64,000 nucleotides of DNA from an uncultured Chitinophaga sp. (GTDB taxonomy: Bacteria > Bacteroidota > Bacteroidia > Chitinophagales > LD1), in NCBI GenBank assembly GCA_964423405.1, contig CAYREY010000005.1:494-64493 (forward strand), in the 5' to 3' direction. A program made the position numbers and the translations under genes. Shown here in pieces: positions 45,305 through 54,527 of the stretch (position 1 is the stretch's first letter; each line of letters starts with the position of its first letter). The notes under the pieces were generated by a model. The model ran no database searches. It saw nothing but the letters and a program-made list of their open reading frames with translations, and was not told the origin of the DNA.

Positions 45305-47251
45305 TTACATACCCGGTCGGTATATAACATTACCTACTGTGCGGGCAAATTCCTTTTTCTGCTCCATTAGCAGGCGGTGCAGTTTCATCAGCTTAAGCTG
45401 CTCGGCTTCGTCTTTACTATCTTTAATGCGGGCTTCAATCTTTTTCAATTCGGCTATGTTACGGTATTGCTTAAACCGTACAATGGCCGATGCTACATCT
45501 TTAATAAACATCTCCTGCTTACCGGGTATAGCTATTTTGTATTTATTAAACCAGTTTTCGCTGATGCTGTAGGGCTGTGCAAGTATGCCAATGGCAATAG
45601 ATGAGATAGCCTGATCATCATGGTTGGTAAAAAACTTTTCATCGTGCACGTAGCCCTGCGCGTACTCGTGCTGTATGTACTCGTAAATGCTTTTATACTG
45701 GGTAGTTTCAAGTGCCAGGCCCTCCAGTTCTTCCATTACGTAGTGCGTTACCGTAACTTCATTTTCTTCCTCTCCTATTTTCCACGAACCATACTCAATC
45801 AATATGCGTACAATGTCACGCTCCAGTATATGCAGGTTGCTGGTGGTTTCGTTGTACTGCTCCTGGTGCACGTTTTGCGGCACCTCATCTTCCTTAAACT
45901 TAACGTTCTGTTTCTCCTCCTCTTTCTCCTGTTCCTTTGTTTTTTTGCGCCTAGTTTTGTTAACCTCTGTAATCAGTATCTGCTCGTTCATGTCGAACAA
46001 CTGGCTACACTCCTTGGTATAAACCGACCGGTGGATAGGATCGGGTATTTTGGCTATCGACTCAATAATATCCCTTATCAGTTCCGACTTGCGGATAGGA
46101 TCGGCTTTGGCCTCGGCAGCAAATAACGACGACTTGAAGAGGATAAGGTCTTTACGGTTCTCTTTAATAAACTGAGCAAATGCCTCGGCACCCACACGCT
46201 TTACATAAGAGTCGGGGTCTTCGCTATCGGGCAGTATTACCACCCGTACGTTCATGCCCTCTTCCAATATCAGGTCGGTACCGCGCAGTGCTGCTTTAAT
46301 ACCCGCAGCATCGCCATCGTACAACATGGTAATGTTAGGCGTAATACGCTTTACCAAACGTATCTGATCGGGAGTAAGCGAAGTGCCTGAAGATGCCACC
46401 GCATTTTCAATACCGGCCTGGTGCAACGATATTACATCGGTGTATCCTTCTACCAACAGGCACTCGTCCTTTTTGCGGATATCGTTTTTGGCAAAGTAGG
46501 CACCATACAGCAACTTGCTTTTAAGGTACACCTCGCTTTCGGCAGTGTTTACATACTTGGGGGCTTTCTCATCTTTAATCATGATACGGCCTCCAAAACC
46601 CACCACCTTACCGGTCATGTTATGGATAGGAAACATTACCCGGTTGCGGAAAAAATCGGCCGTGCTGCCCTCTTTGGGCGAGGTGAGACCTGCCTTTTTG
46701 AGAGTTTCAATAGTAAAGCCCTCTTTAAGCGCATGTTTGGTAAACAAATCGAACGCATCGGGTGCATAACCCAACTGAAATTTTTCGATAGTATGGTTCA
46801 GAAAGCCCCGCTCCTTAAAATAAGCCAGGCCCACTTTACCGTTATCGTTGTGTAACATATAATCGGTATAGAACTTCTGCGCCATAGCATTGGCTATGTG
46901 TATGCTCTCTACCAGGTTGTGGCGTTCTATCTCCTTCTGCTTATCCTCATCGGTTACCTTCTCTTCCTGAATTTCGATGTTGTACTTTTTAGCTACATAG
47001 CGCAACGCATCGGGGTAACTCAGTTGCTGGTAATCCATTAAAAACTGGATGGGGCCACCAGCCTTACCACAGCCAAAACATTTGTAAATATTTTTTGCCG
47101 GGCTTACGTTAAACGAGGGGGTTTTTTCGTTATGGAAAGGGCACAGGCCCATAAGGTTAGAACCGCGCTTTTTAAGCGTAACAAACTCGCCCACTATATC
47201 TTCTACACGGGCTTCGTCGTTTATGCGCTGTATGGTTTCGCGGTTTATCAT
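45305..47251 (-). CDS. dnaG: DNA primase
   Basis: Zn-ribbon CPFHNEKTPSFNVSPAKNIYKCFGCGKAGG. TOPRIM motifs LVEGYTDV and MLYDGDAAG. Confidence 0.95.
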   Translation of the reverse strand: MINRETIQRINDEARVEDIVGEFVTLKKRGSNLMGLCPFHNEKTPSFNVSPAKNIYKCFGCGKAGGPIQFLMDYQQLSYPDALRYVAKKYNIEIQEEKVTDEDKQKEIERHNLVESIHIANAMAQKFYTDYMLHNDNGKVGLAYFKERGFLNHTIEKFQLGYAPDAFDLFTKHALKEGFTIETLKKAGLTSPKEGSTADFFRNRVMFPIHNMTGKVVGFGGRIMIKDEKAPKYVNTAESEVYLKSKLLYGAYFAKNDIRKKDECLLVEGYTDVISLHQAGIENAVASSGTSLTPDQIRLVKRITPNITMLYDGDAAGIKAALRGTDLILEEGMNVRVVILPDSEDPDSYVKRVGAEAFAQFIKENRKDLILFKSSLFAAEAKADPIRKSELIRDIIESIAKIPDPIHRSVYTKECSQLFDMNEQILITEVNKTRRKKTKEQEKEEEKQNVKFKEDEVPQNVHQEQYNETTSNLHILERDIVRILIEYGSWKIGEEENEVTVTHYVMEELEGLALETTQYKSIYEYIQHEYAQGYVHDEKFFTNHDDQAISSIAIGILAQPYSISENWFNKYKIAIPGKQEMFIKDVASAIVRFKQYRNIAELKKIEARIKDSKDEAEQLKLMKLHRLLMEQKKEFARTVGNVIYRPGM

Positions 47252-47292
47252 GGCAGGGCGTGCAAATTAAACATATCTACCCATATATGCAT

Positions 47293-47315
47293 TATGGCCC
47301 GCATAGCGGGCCATA
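47293..47315 (-). terminator. hairpin after the 47345..47956 gene
   Basis: TATGGCCCGC-ATA-GCGGGCCATA, a 10-bp stem with a weak U-tract. Confidence 0.45.
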
Positions 47316-47344
47316 AACATGTATTTATTAAAGCTTTGTAAAGG

Positions 47345-47956
47345 TTATTGAGCAGCCTGGGCTTTATTGTAACGGGCGGCAATCCAGGGTGGTACATCTA
47401 CCTTAATATCGTTCAGGTAGCCTTTCATACGTACGGCGGGTTGCAGGTCGTCGGAATACCCCCGCTTATGCATCATACAATCGAACTTACCACTAAGCAT
47501 AAAGTAGGTCTTATCGGCACTCCACTCAACTTTGGTAGCCCTGAAAGAATTGTTTTCGGGCAGCATGTAGTAATCGGCAAAATTGTAGTGCAAATCAAAC
47601 GTTACATCGCTGGCATCGGCCATTTCGCCGTTGGCCTGGTTGCTGAACGTGTATTCTATGCTCATACTCTCGCTGAAAAAGCGGCCATCGGCGTTGGTAG
47701 AATCGTTACCATAAAAAATAAGCGAGGTAGCCACGCGGTTACGCGAAGCATCGGCCGAGGTAGCAAACGGCACCGGTTTATTAACCAGTGTAGCCCTGTA
47801 AAACGAGTTTTCGCGCAGTTGAAAAGGCTGGCCGTTGATGGTAGCATCTAAAGTACCTTCGGCTTTAAAATCATCGCGAAAATTGTTGCCGGGGGCGAAC
47901 GAATACAGCACTGCAGCCAGCGCAAACAGCAATACCGGGGTGAGTAGCTTTCTCAT
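47345..47956 (-). CDS. hypothetical secreted protein
   Basis: Signal peptide MRKLLTPVLLFALAAVLYS. 203 aa. No family recognised. Confidence 0.6.
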   Translation of the reverse strand: MRKLLTPVLLFALAAVLYSFAPGNNFRDDFKAEGTLDATINGQPFQLRENSFYRATLVNKPVPFATSADASRNRVATSLIFYGNDSTNADGRFFSESMSIEYTFSNQANGEMADASDVTFDLHYNFADYYMLPENNSFRATKVEWSADKTYFMLSGKFDCMMHKRGYSDDLQPAVRMKGYLNDIKVDVPPWIAARYNKAQAAQ

Positions 47957-48108
47957 GATAGTGGTTTGTACCTATAGTACGCAACCAGCGCTGCTGTAGT
48001 TAAACCGATGGGGTTTGTTTGTTACAACGTGCGCATTGAAAACAAGCAGGATGTTGCACAGGCCATACATAAACTTAAGGTAACTTTTAACTAACTTGCG
48101 CTTAACAA

Positions 48109-48960
48109 ATGGTAAAGTTCAACATATTTAAACTATCGGTAAGGCGCGCGCTGCTTTTTACGGGCTCATCGGTGGTGTTTGCGCTGGCCATCTGGTGGCT
48201 TAACCACCTGCCCGGGTTACAGAATTTCTGGCAGGGTTACCCTACCGACAATGGGATAGGCACTTTTTTTTGCGAGTACACCAATATGAGCAAAATAGTA
48301 CGCCAGCCGGTAAATACGTTCAGTAACCTGGCGTACCTGCTGCCGGGCCTGGCCATACTGTGGCGCGGCTGGAAAGACCAAAGCAAACGCACGCGTTATA
48401 ATATAGTATCGGCCAACCCCTTTTACAGTATTATGCTGGGTGGCATACTGCTTTACATTTTTGTAGCCAGTACATTTTTCCACTCCTCACTTATAGGCTT
48501 TGCCAGTAAGCTCGATTTTTCGGCGGTGTATTCGTTATCGCTATACCCGCTTATGTACTTTACACACCGGGTTTGGTTGCTATCGATAGGAGTGCCCAGC
48601 AATACCAGGCACACTAAAAGTACCACTACCGTTATTACAGCCTTTACAGTGCTATATGTACTGTTAACCTTTGGCATGCCTGAAGGCATGGAGAACTACG
48701 TAGTACTGGGCATAATTGTATTTATTGCGCTGCTGGGGCTTATTGTAGAAAAGTATGACAGTGGCCGTACCAACCACCTGTACCTGGTTACAGCCATTGC
48801 CTGCATAGCTTTTGCGGTAATGTGGTTTGGGTTTGATATTTATAAAATACTTTGCATACCCGATAGTTACATACAACCGCACTCGCTATGGCATTTGTTT
48901 GCAGGGCTTTCTACCTTTTACTTTTACATGTACATACGCAGCGAGAAGAATAAGTTGTAG
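48109..48960 (+). CDS. ceramidase-family (alkaline-ceramidase-like) 7-TM membrane protein
   Basis: PVNTFSNLAY, then STFFHSSLIGFASKLDF (S-x3-H-x10-D), and a C-terminal HSLWH (H-x3-H). This pattern matches the Zn site of alkaline ceramidases as I remember it. Confidence 0.65.
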   Translation: MVKFNIFKLSVRRALLFTGSSVVFALAIWWLNHLPGLQNFWQGYPTDNGIGTFFCEYTNMSKIVRQPVNTFSNLAYLLPGLAILWRGWKDQSKRTRYNIVSANPFYSIMLGGILLYIFVASTFFHSSLIGFASKLDFSAVYSLSLYPLMYFTHRVWLLSIGVPSNTRHTKSTTTVITAFTVLYVLLTFGMPEGMENYVVLGIIVFIALLGLIVEKYDSGRTNHLYLVTAIACIAFAVMWFGFDIYKILCIPDSYIQPHSLWHLFAGLSTFYFYMYIRSEKNKL

Positions 48961-49025
48961 TTAATTAGCATAACCCCGAGCTGCAGATTTCGTTTTATTT
49001 GCAGCACAACACCAAACACAACTGC

Positions 49026-50036
49026 ATGCTGCGCTTTTTACCTGTATCTATTGTTTTACTATGCCTGCTAACCGGCTGTGCTACCCTACCCAAAAACTAC
49101 CAGACTACTGATGAGATAATAGCTACCGGCCCCGGGCCGGAAGACATGATAGTGGATACGATTACGGAGCAACCGCGCATACTTATTTCATGTAACGCCA
49201 GAAGGGAAGGGCAGCCAGAATATGGCGAGATAGAAGCCTACTACCCGGCTACCGGTAACCGCCGTATATTAAAACGCATTAACGAGCCGGCCGGCTTGCT
49301 GTTTAACCCGCACGGTATAGACCTGGTGAAACTAAGTGCCAAATGGCCCAGCACAGGCGGCGACCTGGTATTACTGGTAGTAAACCACGAGCACACCAAA
49401 CACATTAATTCTATCTTAAGATACCATGTACTTAAAGATGAGCTGGTATTTATAGAAAAGATAACAGACAGCCTGATATACTCACCCAATGCCGTAGCGG
49501 GTTTTAGCGATGGTACTATACTGATAAGCAACGACCTTAAAAAACAGCGCAGCATAAGCGAGGTACTGTTTAAAGTAAAAAAGGCACAGGTAAGCTACTG
49601 GGATGGCAAACACTGCAACGTGGCTGCCGAAAAATTCTGCTATACCAATGGTATTACCATTAAGGATAATAAAACGGTGTACCTGGCCAGCACCATGCAG
49701 AATAAAGTATGGCAGTTTGATTTTGATAAAGGCCACCTTGTAAATAAACAGGTGGTAGGCAAAGTACCCGGGGCCGATAATATCCGCTTTGATGGTGGTG
49801 ACCTGCTGGTGCCGGGGCACCTGCGCTTTCTGCAGTTTTTAAAACACATGAAGGATAGTACCCACTACTCTCCCACTACTGTTTACCGCATTAACCCGGC
49901 CACCAAAACACAAAGCGTAGCATACTTTGATAAAGGCGCACAGCTAAGTGCCGGCAGTACCGCACTGGTATATGGAAATTACCTGTACGTGTGTGGTATT
50001 TTCGATGGAAAAATAGTGCGCAAAAAACTAAAGTAG
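49026..50036 (+). CDS. beta-propeller lipoprotein, PON/arylesterase/SMP-30-like (tentative)
   Basis: Start reset to the ATG, giving MLRFLPVSIVLLCLLTGC (lipobox). GPEDM, NPHGIDL and YTNGI spaced like six-bladed-propeller lactonases. Family not verified. Confidence 0.5.
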   Translation: MLRFLPVSIVLLCLLTGCATLPKNYQTTDEIIATGPGPEDMIVDTITEQPRILISCNARREGQPEYGEIEAYYPATGNRRILKRINEPAGLLFNPHGIDLVKLSAKWPSTGGDLVLLVVNHEHTKHINSILRYHVLKDELVFIEKITDSLIYSPNAVAGFSDGTILISNDLKKQRSISEVLFKVKKAQVSYWDGKHCNVAAEKFCYTNGITIKDNKTVYLASTMQNKVWQFDFDKGHLVNKQVVGKVPGADNIRFDGGDLLVPGHLRFLQFLKHMKDSTHYSPTTVYRINPATKTQSVAYFDKGAQLSAGSTALVYGNYLYVCGIFDGKIVRKKLK

Positions 50037-50037
50037 C

Positions 50038-51255
50038 CTACTTAAACGGATTGCGGATTGTATAATCTTTAGGCTTTAGGTTGGCGGTGTAGGTGCGTAC
50101 AAACAGGTAATTAAATACCGGGTTAAAATGCTTTACATAGCCATACATGGGTGATGGCACAGCACCAATGGTGCTCTTTATCTCAGGAGCGGTACGGCCA
50201 TAGTGCAACTGGGTTACCCGCGCTTCAATACCGGCTTTCAGCATATCGTACATCATGCGCTGGTACAGGTGTATAGGCTTGCAGCGTTCGTGGTCCATAC
50301 CAGTGTAGTGCACCTCCATACGTTTACCAAATACATAAGCCGATATAAACCCTATCATCTGCCCCTGTATATAATAAGCATACAGGTTATAATTATCGGG
50401 TAATTGCTTTTTCTGTTCGGCGTAAAAATTTTCATTCAGCTCGGCCAGCTTAAAATCGGCATTGCGCATTACGTTGCGGTACAGGGCGTGTATCTCGCCC
50501 TGCGAGGCGGCAATGTCTGCCGCAGTAAGGTTGCGTACTTCTACCCCTGCTTCATCGCACAGTGCATAAGCTTTTTTAGCCCTTACGCGATATTTAGATG
50601 ACAGCGATGCCACATAATCATTAAAGCTGCTCCATTCTTCGCGCAGCTTTATGCTCATATCGCTTTCAACAGTTATTTCGTGGTAGGCATTTGTTTTAAG
50701 CGGTTGATCAAATTCTGTTTTAGGCTCGTACAAATCTGATACCAGCACGGCTGATATGCCGCCGCTTTTCACCATATCATCTACCGCTTTGCGAAGCAGT
50801 AACGCGCGTGTGGCTTTATCAATTTCGCTGTTGAAGTAACAACCGTTTTCGCCGGTCATAAATACATTGCCACTTACCAGCAAAGGCACGTTTACCAGGT
50901 TCAGCAGTTTTTCGGTAATACTTTCAGCAGCGGCCATTACCCGGTTGCCGGGCTTGTAGGCCGGAAAATAGTTGATAAGCTGGTTGCCATGAAACATAAC
51001 CACCTGAAAGTACATAGCCGCTACAGTAATATCCTGATGTTTTACCAATACATACCTGAACTGCATGGCACCGGCGTGTACCCGCTCCAGCATTTTAAGG
51101 TTATCGTACTGCATTAATGCATTATGTGCAGGTATGTGTTTATCCCACTGCAACTCGCCCAGGTTTTCAATGGTATTGAAAACCGTTAGGCTATAATCCT
51201 TTATGTTATCCAGTTCTGCGCGGGCAGAACATCGGTAGGGTACACAAATATCCAC
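50038..51255 (-). CDS. FemAB-like / GNAT-fold acyltransferase family protein (about 400 aa)
   Basis: Length and a C-terminal acyltransferase-like region (..YAYYIQGQMIGFISAYVFGKRMEVHYTGMD..). GTG start, true start uncertain. Confidence 0.6.
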   Translation of the reverse strand: MDICVPYRCSARAELDNIKDYSLTVFNTIENLGELQWDKHIPAHNALMQYDNLKMLERVHAGAMQFRYVLVKHQDITVAAMYFQVVMFHGNQLINYFPAYKPGNRVMAAAESITEKLLNLVNVPLLVSGNVFMTGENGCYFNSEIDKATRALLLRKAVDDMVKSGGISAVLVSDLYEPKTEFDQPLKTNAYHEITVESDMSIKLREEWSSFNDYVASLSSKYRVRAKKAYALCDEAGVEVRNLTAADIAASQGEIHALYRNVMRNADFKLAELNENFYAEQKKQLPDNYNLYAYYIQGQMIGFISAYVFGKRMEVHYTGMDHERCKPIHLYQRMMYDMLKAGIEARVTQLHYGRTAPEIKSTIGAVPSPMYGYVKHFNPVFNYLFVRTYTANLKPKDYTIRNPFK

Positions 51256-51315
51256 TCGAATGATTTGAGGTTATGACGGGCAAGGTGGCAAAAAATTTTC
51301 GCTACTCAAAAAAAA

Positions 51316-51339
51316 GGGCCGCACCGTAAGGTGCGGCCC
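51316..51339. terminator. strong bidirectional hairpin
   Basis: AAAAAAAA-GGGCCGCACC-GTAA-GGTGCGGCCC-CCTGTTTT, 25 nt below the stop at 51364 (-). Confidence 0.8.
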
Positions 51340-51363
51340 CCTGTTTTATATGCTAAACAGTGG

Positions 51364-52968
51364 CTACTTAACCACATTTAACTGTTTGGTACGTATAAGC
51401 CCACCGGTATTAAGGCTGTATAAATAATTGTCCGGTTGAAGGTGTGCGGTGTTATAGGTAACCGAATTGAAACCCATGTTTCCGGTGGCCTGTATTTCAT
51501 CTACCAAACGGCCGGTAAGGTCGTATACCCGCAGTTCTGCGCGGGTAGACTGTGGCAGGTAGTAACTAATAGTGGTTTGATTGGCAGCGGGGTTAGGTAC
51601 GGCATCGTACAACTGCGGGGTACTTACAAATCCCGCTACGGTGTTGGGATCGTCAATAGCAGTAGGTTGTTCAATAATGCTGCTATCCAGCACCATGTTC
51701 TCATCGCCCGGCTGATAAACGAGGTATGAGAAATAAACCAACATCATTTCATCGGTAGTGGCTTCGCCAGAGCCCACCGGCTGTGGCGGGTTGCTGGGGT
51801 TGTGCGGATTGTTGGATGTATTATCATACAACGCTATGCCATGGAACGTGCTGCCTTTGGGAAAGAATATCAGTTTCTGAAAGGTGTAAAAGCCCTGCCA
51901 GTGAAAATCCCAGTCGTTTATTTTAATAAACGGTATGGTATCGCCTGCTGGTGTTTCGCCATACACCAGCCAGCTTTTGCATATCAGGTGAGCATGTGGA
52001 GCTACGTTAAGCAGCGATACACCCTGCACCGGCAGGTTGCTTGGTATGGTATATTCTGAATAAAAAGTTTTGGTAGCATTGGCCGGAATAGCAAGCGGTC
52101 CGTTTACCAGGTTTGGTCCGTGATTAAGTGGTGGCTGTATAAAGATAGAACGCAGACTGGCAGTGCTCAGCTTTATATTAAGTTTGGTACTATCTGTTTT
52201 GCCGGCACTACCAGCGGGGTAGTGAATTTGCAAAACCAAACGGCTGTTTTTGTGCAACGTAACACCCATGCCCGATGGGTATATAGTAGGCATCTGACCG
52301 GGCACCCAACCACCTACCAGCGGCGCATTATTAAAACCGGGGCCTCCAAAACTGGTATAACCGGGCTCGGGGGTATTATTATCCAGTTGCAGCGAACGCT
52401 GGTTACTGGTTGTATCTTCGTAAATAAGTATGTGGTGCACTATAGAGGGGTCGCCGGGTATGGCCTCTATGGCGGTCATAAACTGATCTTGCGATAGATT
52501 GGTGGGAATAGTAAAACACTGGTACAAATCGTAGTTTACGTTAGGTACCGTAAAGGTGGGTATTTGTATTACTTTATCTACTGCGCCCAATACCGAACCG
52601 TTTGTATAAACCGGTGCTGCCGGGGCTGTAGTTGTATCGCCGGGCAGGCCCCCGCCTACTATCCAGGCGTTGATAAGTGTAATTTCGGAAGTAGAAAGGT
52701 AGCGTTCATCTTTATAATGGTTGTATTCTCTATCGGGCGGCCAGGGTGGCATTTTGCCCGATGATACGGCATCGGAAATCATAAACATGTGACTTTTGGC
52801 ATCGCTGTATGTAGTAAGCGAAAACGGCGCCAAACCGCCCTGATGGTGGCAGTTGGTACAGTTAGCAAACATCAGCGGGGCAATATCGGTAGCCCAGGTG
52901 GGGGTGTTTTGCGAGAGCCCAATTTTAGCCAAGGCAAGCACACAAAACATAAGTAATAGTTTTTTCAT
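51364..52968 (-). CDS. secreted copper type II ascorbate-dependent monooxygenase-like protein with an N-terminal CxxCH motif and a T9SS type A C-terminal domain
   Basis: Start at MKKLLLMFCVLALA. CTNCHHQGG (a c-type haem-attachment-like motif). His clusters VHHILIY, LQIHYP and APHAHLIC plus DEMMLVY, arranged like the CuH/CuM sites of PHM/DBH. C-terminal VPNPAANQTTISYYL...LRVYDLTGRLV...NYLYSL...KQLNVVK. Confidence 0.7.
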   Translation of the reverse strand: MKKLLLMFCVLALAKIGLSQNTPTWATDIAPLMFANCTNCHHQGGLAPFSLTTYSDAKSHMFMISDAVSSGKMPPWPPDREYNHYKDERYLSTSEITLINAWIVGGGLPGDTTTAPAAPVYTNGSVLGAVDKVIQIPTFTVPNVNYDLYQCFTIPTNLSQDQFMTAIEAIPGDPSIVHHILIYEDTTSNQRSLQLDNNTPEPGYTSFGGPGFNNAPLVGGWVPGQMPTIYPSGMGVTLHKNSRLVLQIHYPAGSAGKTDSTKLNIKLSTASLRSIFIQPPLNHGPNLVNGPLAIPANATKTFYSEYTIPSNLPVQGVSLLNVAPHAHLICKSWLVYGETPAGDTIPFIKINDWDFHWQGFYTFQKLIFFPKGSTFHGIALYDNTSNNPHNPSNPPQPVGSGEATTDEMMLVYFSYLVYQPGDENMVLDSSIIEQPTAIDDPNTVAGFVSTPQLYDAVPNPAANQTTISYYLPQSTRAELRVYDLTGRLVDEIQATGNMGFNSVTYNTAHLQPDNYLYSLNTGGLIRTKQLNVVK

Positions 52969-53044
52969 TAAAATAGTTTTCCTGTGTTTTTCCCCGAAAA
53001 TAAATAAAACCATTTACAAAAAGGTTACAATTCAACCAACTGCT

Positions 53045-53250
53045 GTCTACACAATTACTTTTGAAGCACATTGGATTTTTACATAACTGAATACCGATAA
53101 CCAGCTTTTACCATCAAACTCCCATATTGGGCTTCGTTAGGATGTATACCTGTTTAATATATTAAATGGTGAAGGGCTGTAACAGCTATATTGCTTGTAC
53201 TGGCGATTGTTTCAGGAGAGCATGATATACACTCGGCTGGTTAAATCCCC
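53045..53250 (-). pseudogene. decayed fragment paralogous to the NPP phosphodiesterase gene (matches 9440..9657)
   Basis: Alignable by eye at about 80% to 9478-9645. It still encodes PIWEFDGKSWLSVF and AVTALHHLIY, identical to the intact protein, but has a GAA-to-TAA stop (..HHLIY*TG) and at least two 1-nt deletions. There is no N-terminal catalytic part. Confidence 0.75.
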
Positions 53251-53307
53251 CGCTCTTCTTCGTATTTTGCACAATCACTTCTACGTTTTAATAACCTACA
53301 CCTACCT

Positions 53308-54027
53308 TCACTTCCGCCTCAACCGCTCTGCCATTGCCAGCGTATGTTTCAGTGCGCGTACATGGGTAAAATCGCCGTGGCCGGTTATTACATAGTTGGG
53401 CTGCAGGCATTTGGCCATTACCTTTCTTACACTATTGGCATACTCTGTTTTGTTGGCATCGCCCAGGTAGCCAAGGTTGCGGTCGTACACACTTTTTATA
53501 AGGCAGGCGCCATGCAATATGCGCTGCGCCTCAAACCATATCACTATGTTATCGGGGGCATGGCCGGGGCCGGGGTAGTAAGTCTCAAATAGGTATTTGC
53601 CCAGTGTAAAAGTAGTATCGCCGCTTAGTAAATACTGTGCGCGCTTATGGTTGGTTTTTGCACAAAGTTCATCGGTTTGTGCGGTGGTATAGGTTTTAAT
53701 ACCCTGCTGCCGGTAGTACTCCAGCCCACCGGTGCGGTCATCATGAAAATGGGTGGCAATACACATCACCACCTTTTTGTTATGGCGCTGTTGTATGCTA
53801 TCCAGCAAGGGCTGAAACTGCGTGGTATCCCACGGGGTATCAAACATAGCCACGCCCTCATCGGTTACTACATACAGGCCGTTGGCCGGCACCTGATAAC
53901 CCTTGTAATCGTTATAGGTTGTATATATGTAAAAGTCTCCGGTAAGGTGGGTAATCTTTAGTGCATTGCCGGCCGTTAGCCCCGCAATTTGTACAAATAG
54001 TAATATGGTGATTATAAGCAGGCGCAT
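53308..54027 (-). CDS. subclass B1 metallo-beta-lactamase
   Basis: Signal peptide (MRLLIITILLFVQIAG). HFHDDRTGG (H116-x-H118-x-D120), GPGHAPDN (H196), GACLIKS (C221) and ITGHGD (H263). Confidence 0.85.
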   Translation of the reverse strand: MRLLIITILLFVQIAGLTAGNALKITHLTGDFYIYTTYNDYKGYQVPANGLYVVTDEGVAMFDTPWDTTQFQPLLDSIQQRHNKKVVMCIATHFHDDRTGGLEYYRQQGIKTYTTAQTDELCAKTNHKRAQYLLSGDTTFTLGKYLFETYYPGPGHAPDNIVIWFEAQRILHGACLIKSVYDRNLGYLGDANKTEYANSVRKVMAKCLQPNYVITGHGDFTHVRALKHTLAMAERLRRK

Positions 54028-54175
54028 TATTGGTTGTTTTTTTATGGGCAGCCGCTGCAAATATAGGGGAGGGTACTGTGTTTTTACCAGTACCTGTAAT
54101 TATATAATTATATAAAACACAGCCGCGCTTGTGGTACTGTTGTACCGGGCAGGTATTTTATTTTACATTTGGCTA

Positions 54176-54514
54176 ATGTCAATACAGTCACCGGGTAATC
54201 GTTGCAATAATTGCGGAGCACCTTTGCAACAGGGCCAACAGGCTATAAACTGCGATTACTGTGGTAAACCCAAAACTGTGCCCGCCAGGGCAAAAATGAA
54301 GGCTACTCCATCGCTGCCGGCAGAACCCCAAAGTATAAAGACCAACGCCGGCTGGTATTTCCTTGTATCTATACTTATGGCAATTATAGGCCTTAATGTA
54401 GAACGGGATAGCAATTGGTATAACGGGCTTGTACTGGTATGGTTTTTCTTCTTCTCTGCCAGTATGTTTTCGCTGGTGTGGTTTGTAATACGCAAAATAT
54501 GGCGCGTATTATAG
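54176..54514 (+). CDS. zinc-ribbon membrane protein, unknown function
   Basis: Start at MSIQSPGNR. CNNCG...CDYCG (a 4-Cys ribbon) followed by 2 TM helices. Confidence 0.5.
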   Translation: MSIQSPGNRCNNCGAPLQQGQQAINCDYCGKPKTVPARAKMKATPSLPAEPQSIKTNAGWYFLVSILMAIIGLNVERDSNWYNGLVLVWFFFFSASMFSLVWFVIRKIWRVL

Positions 54515-54527
54515 TACTGCCGGTATG

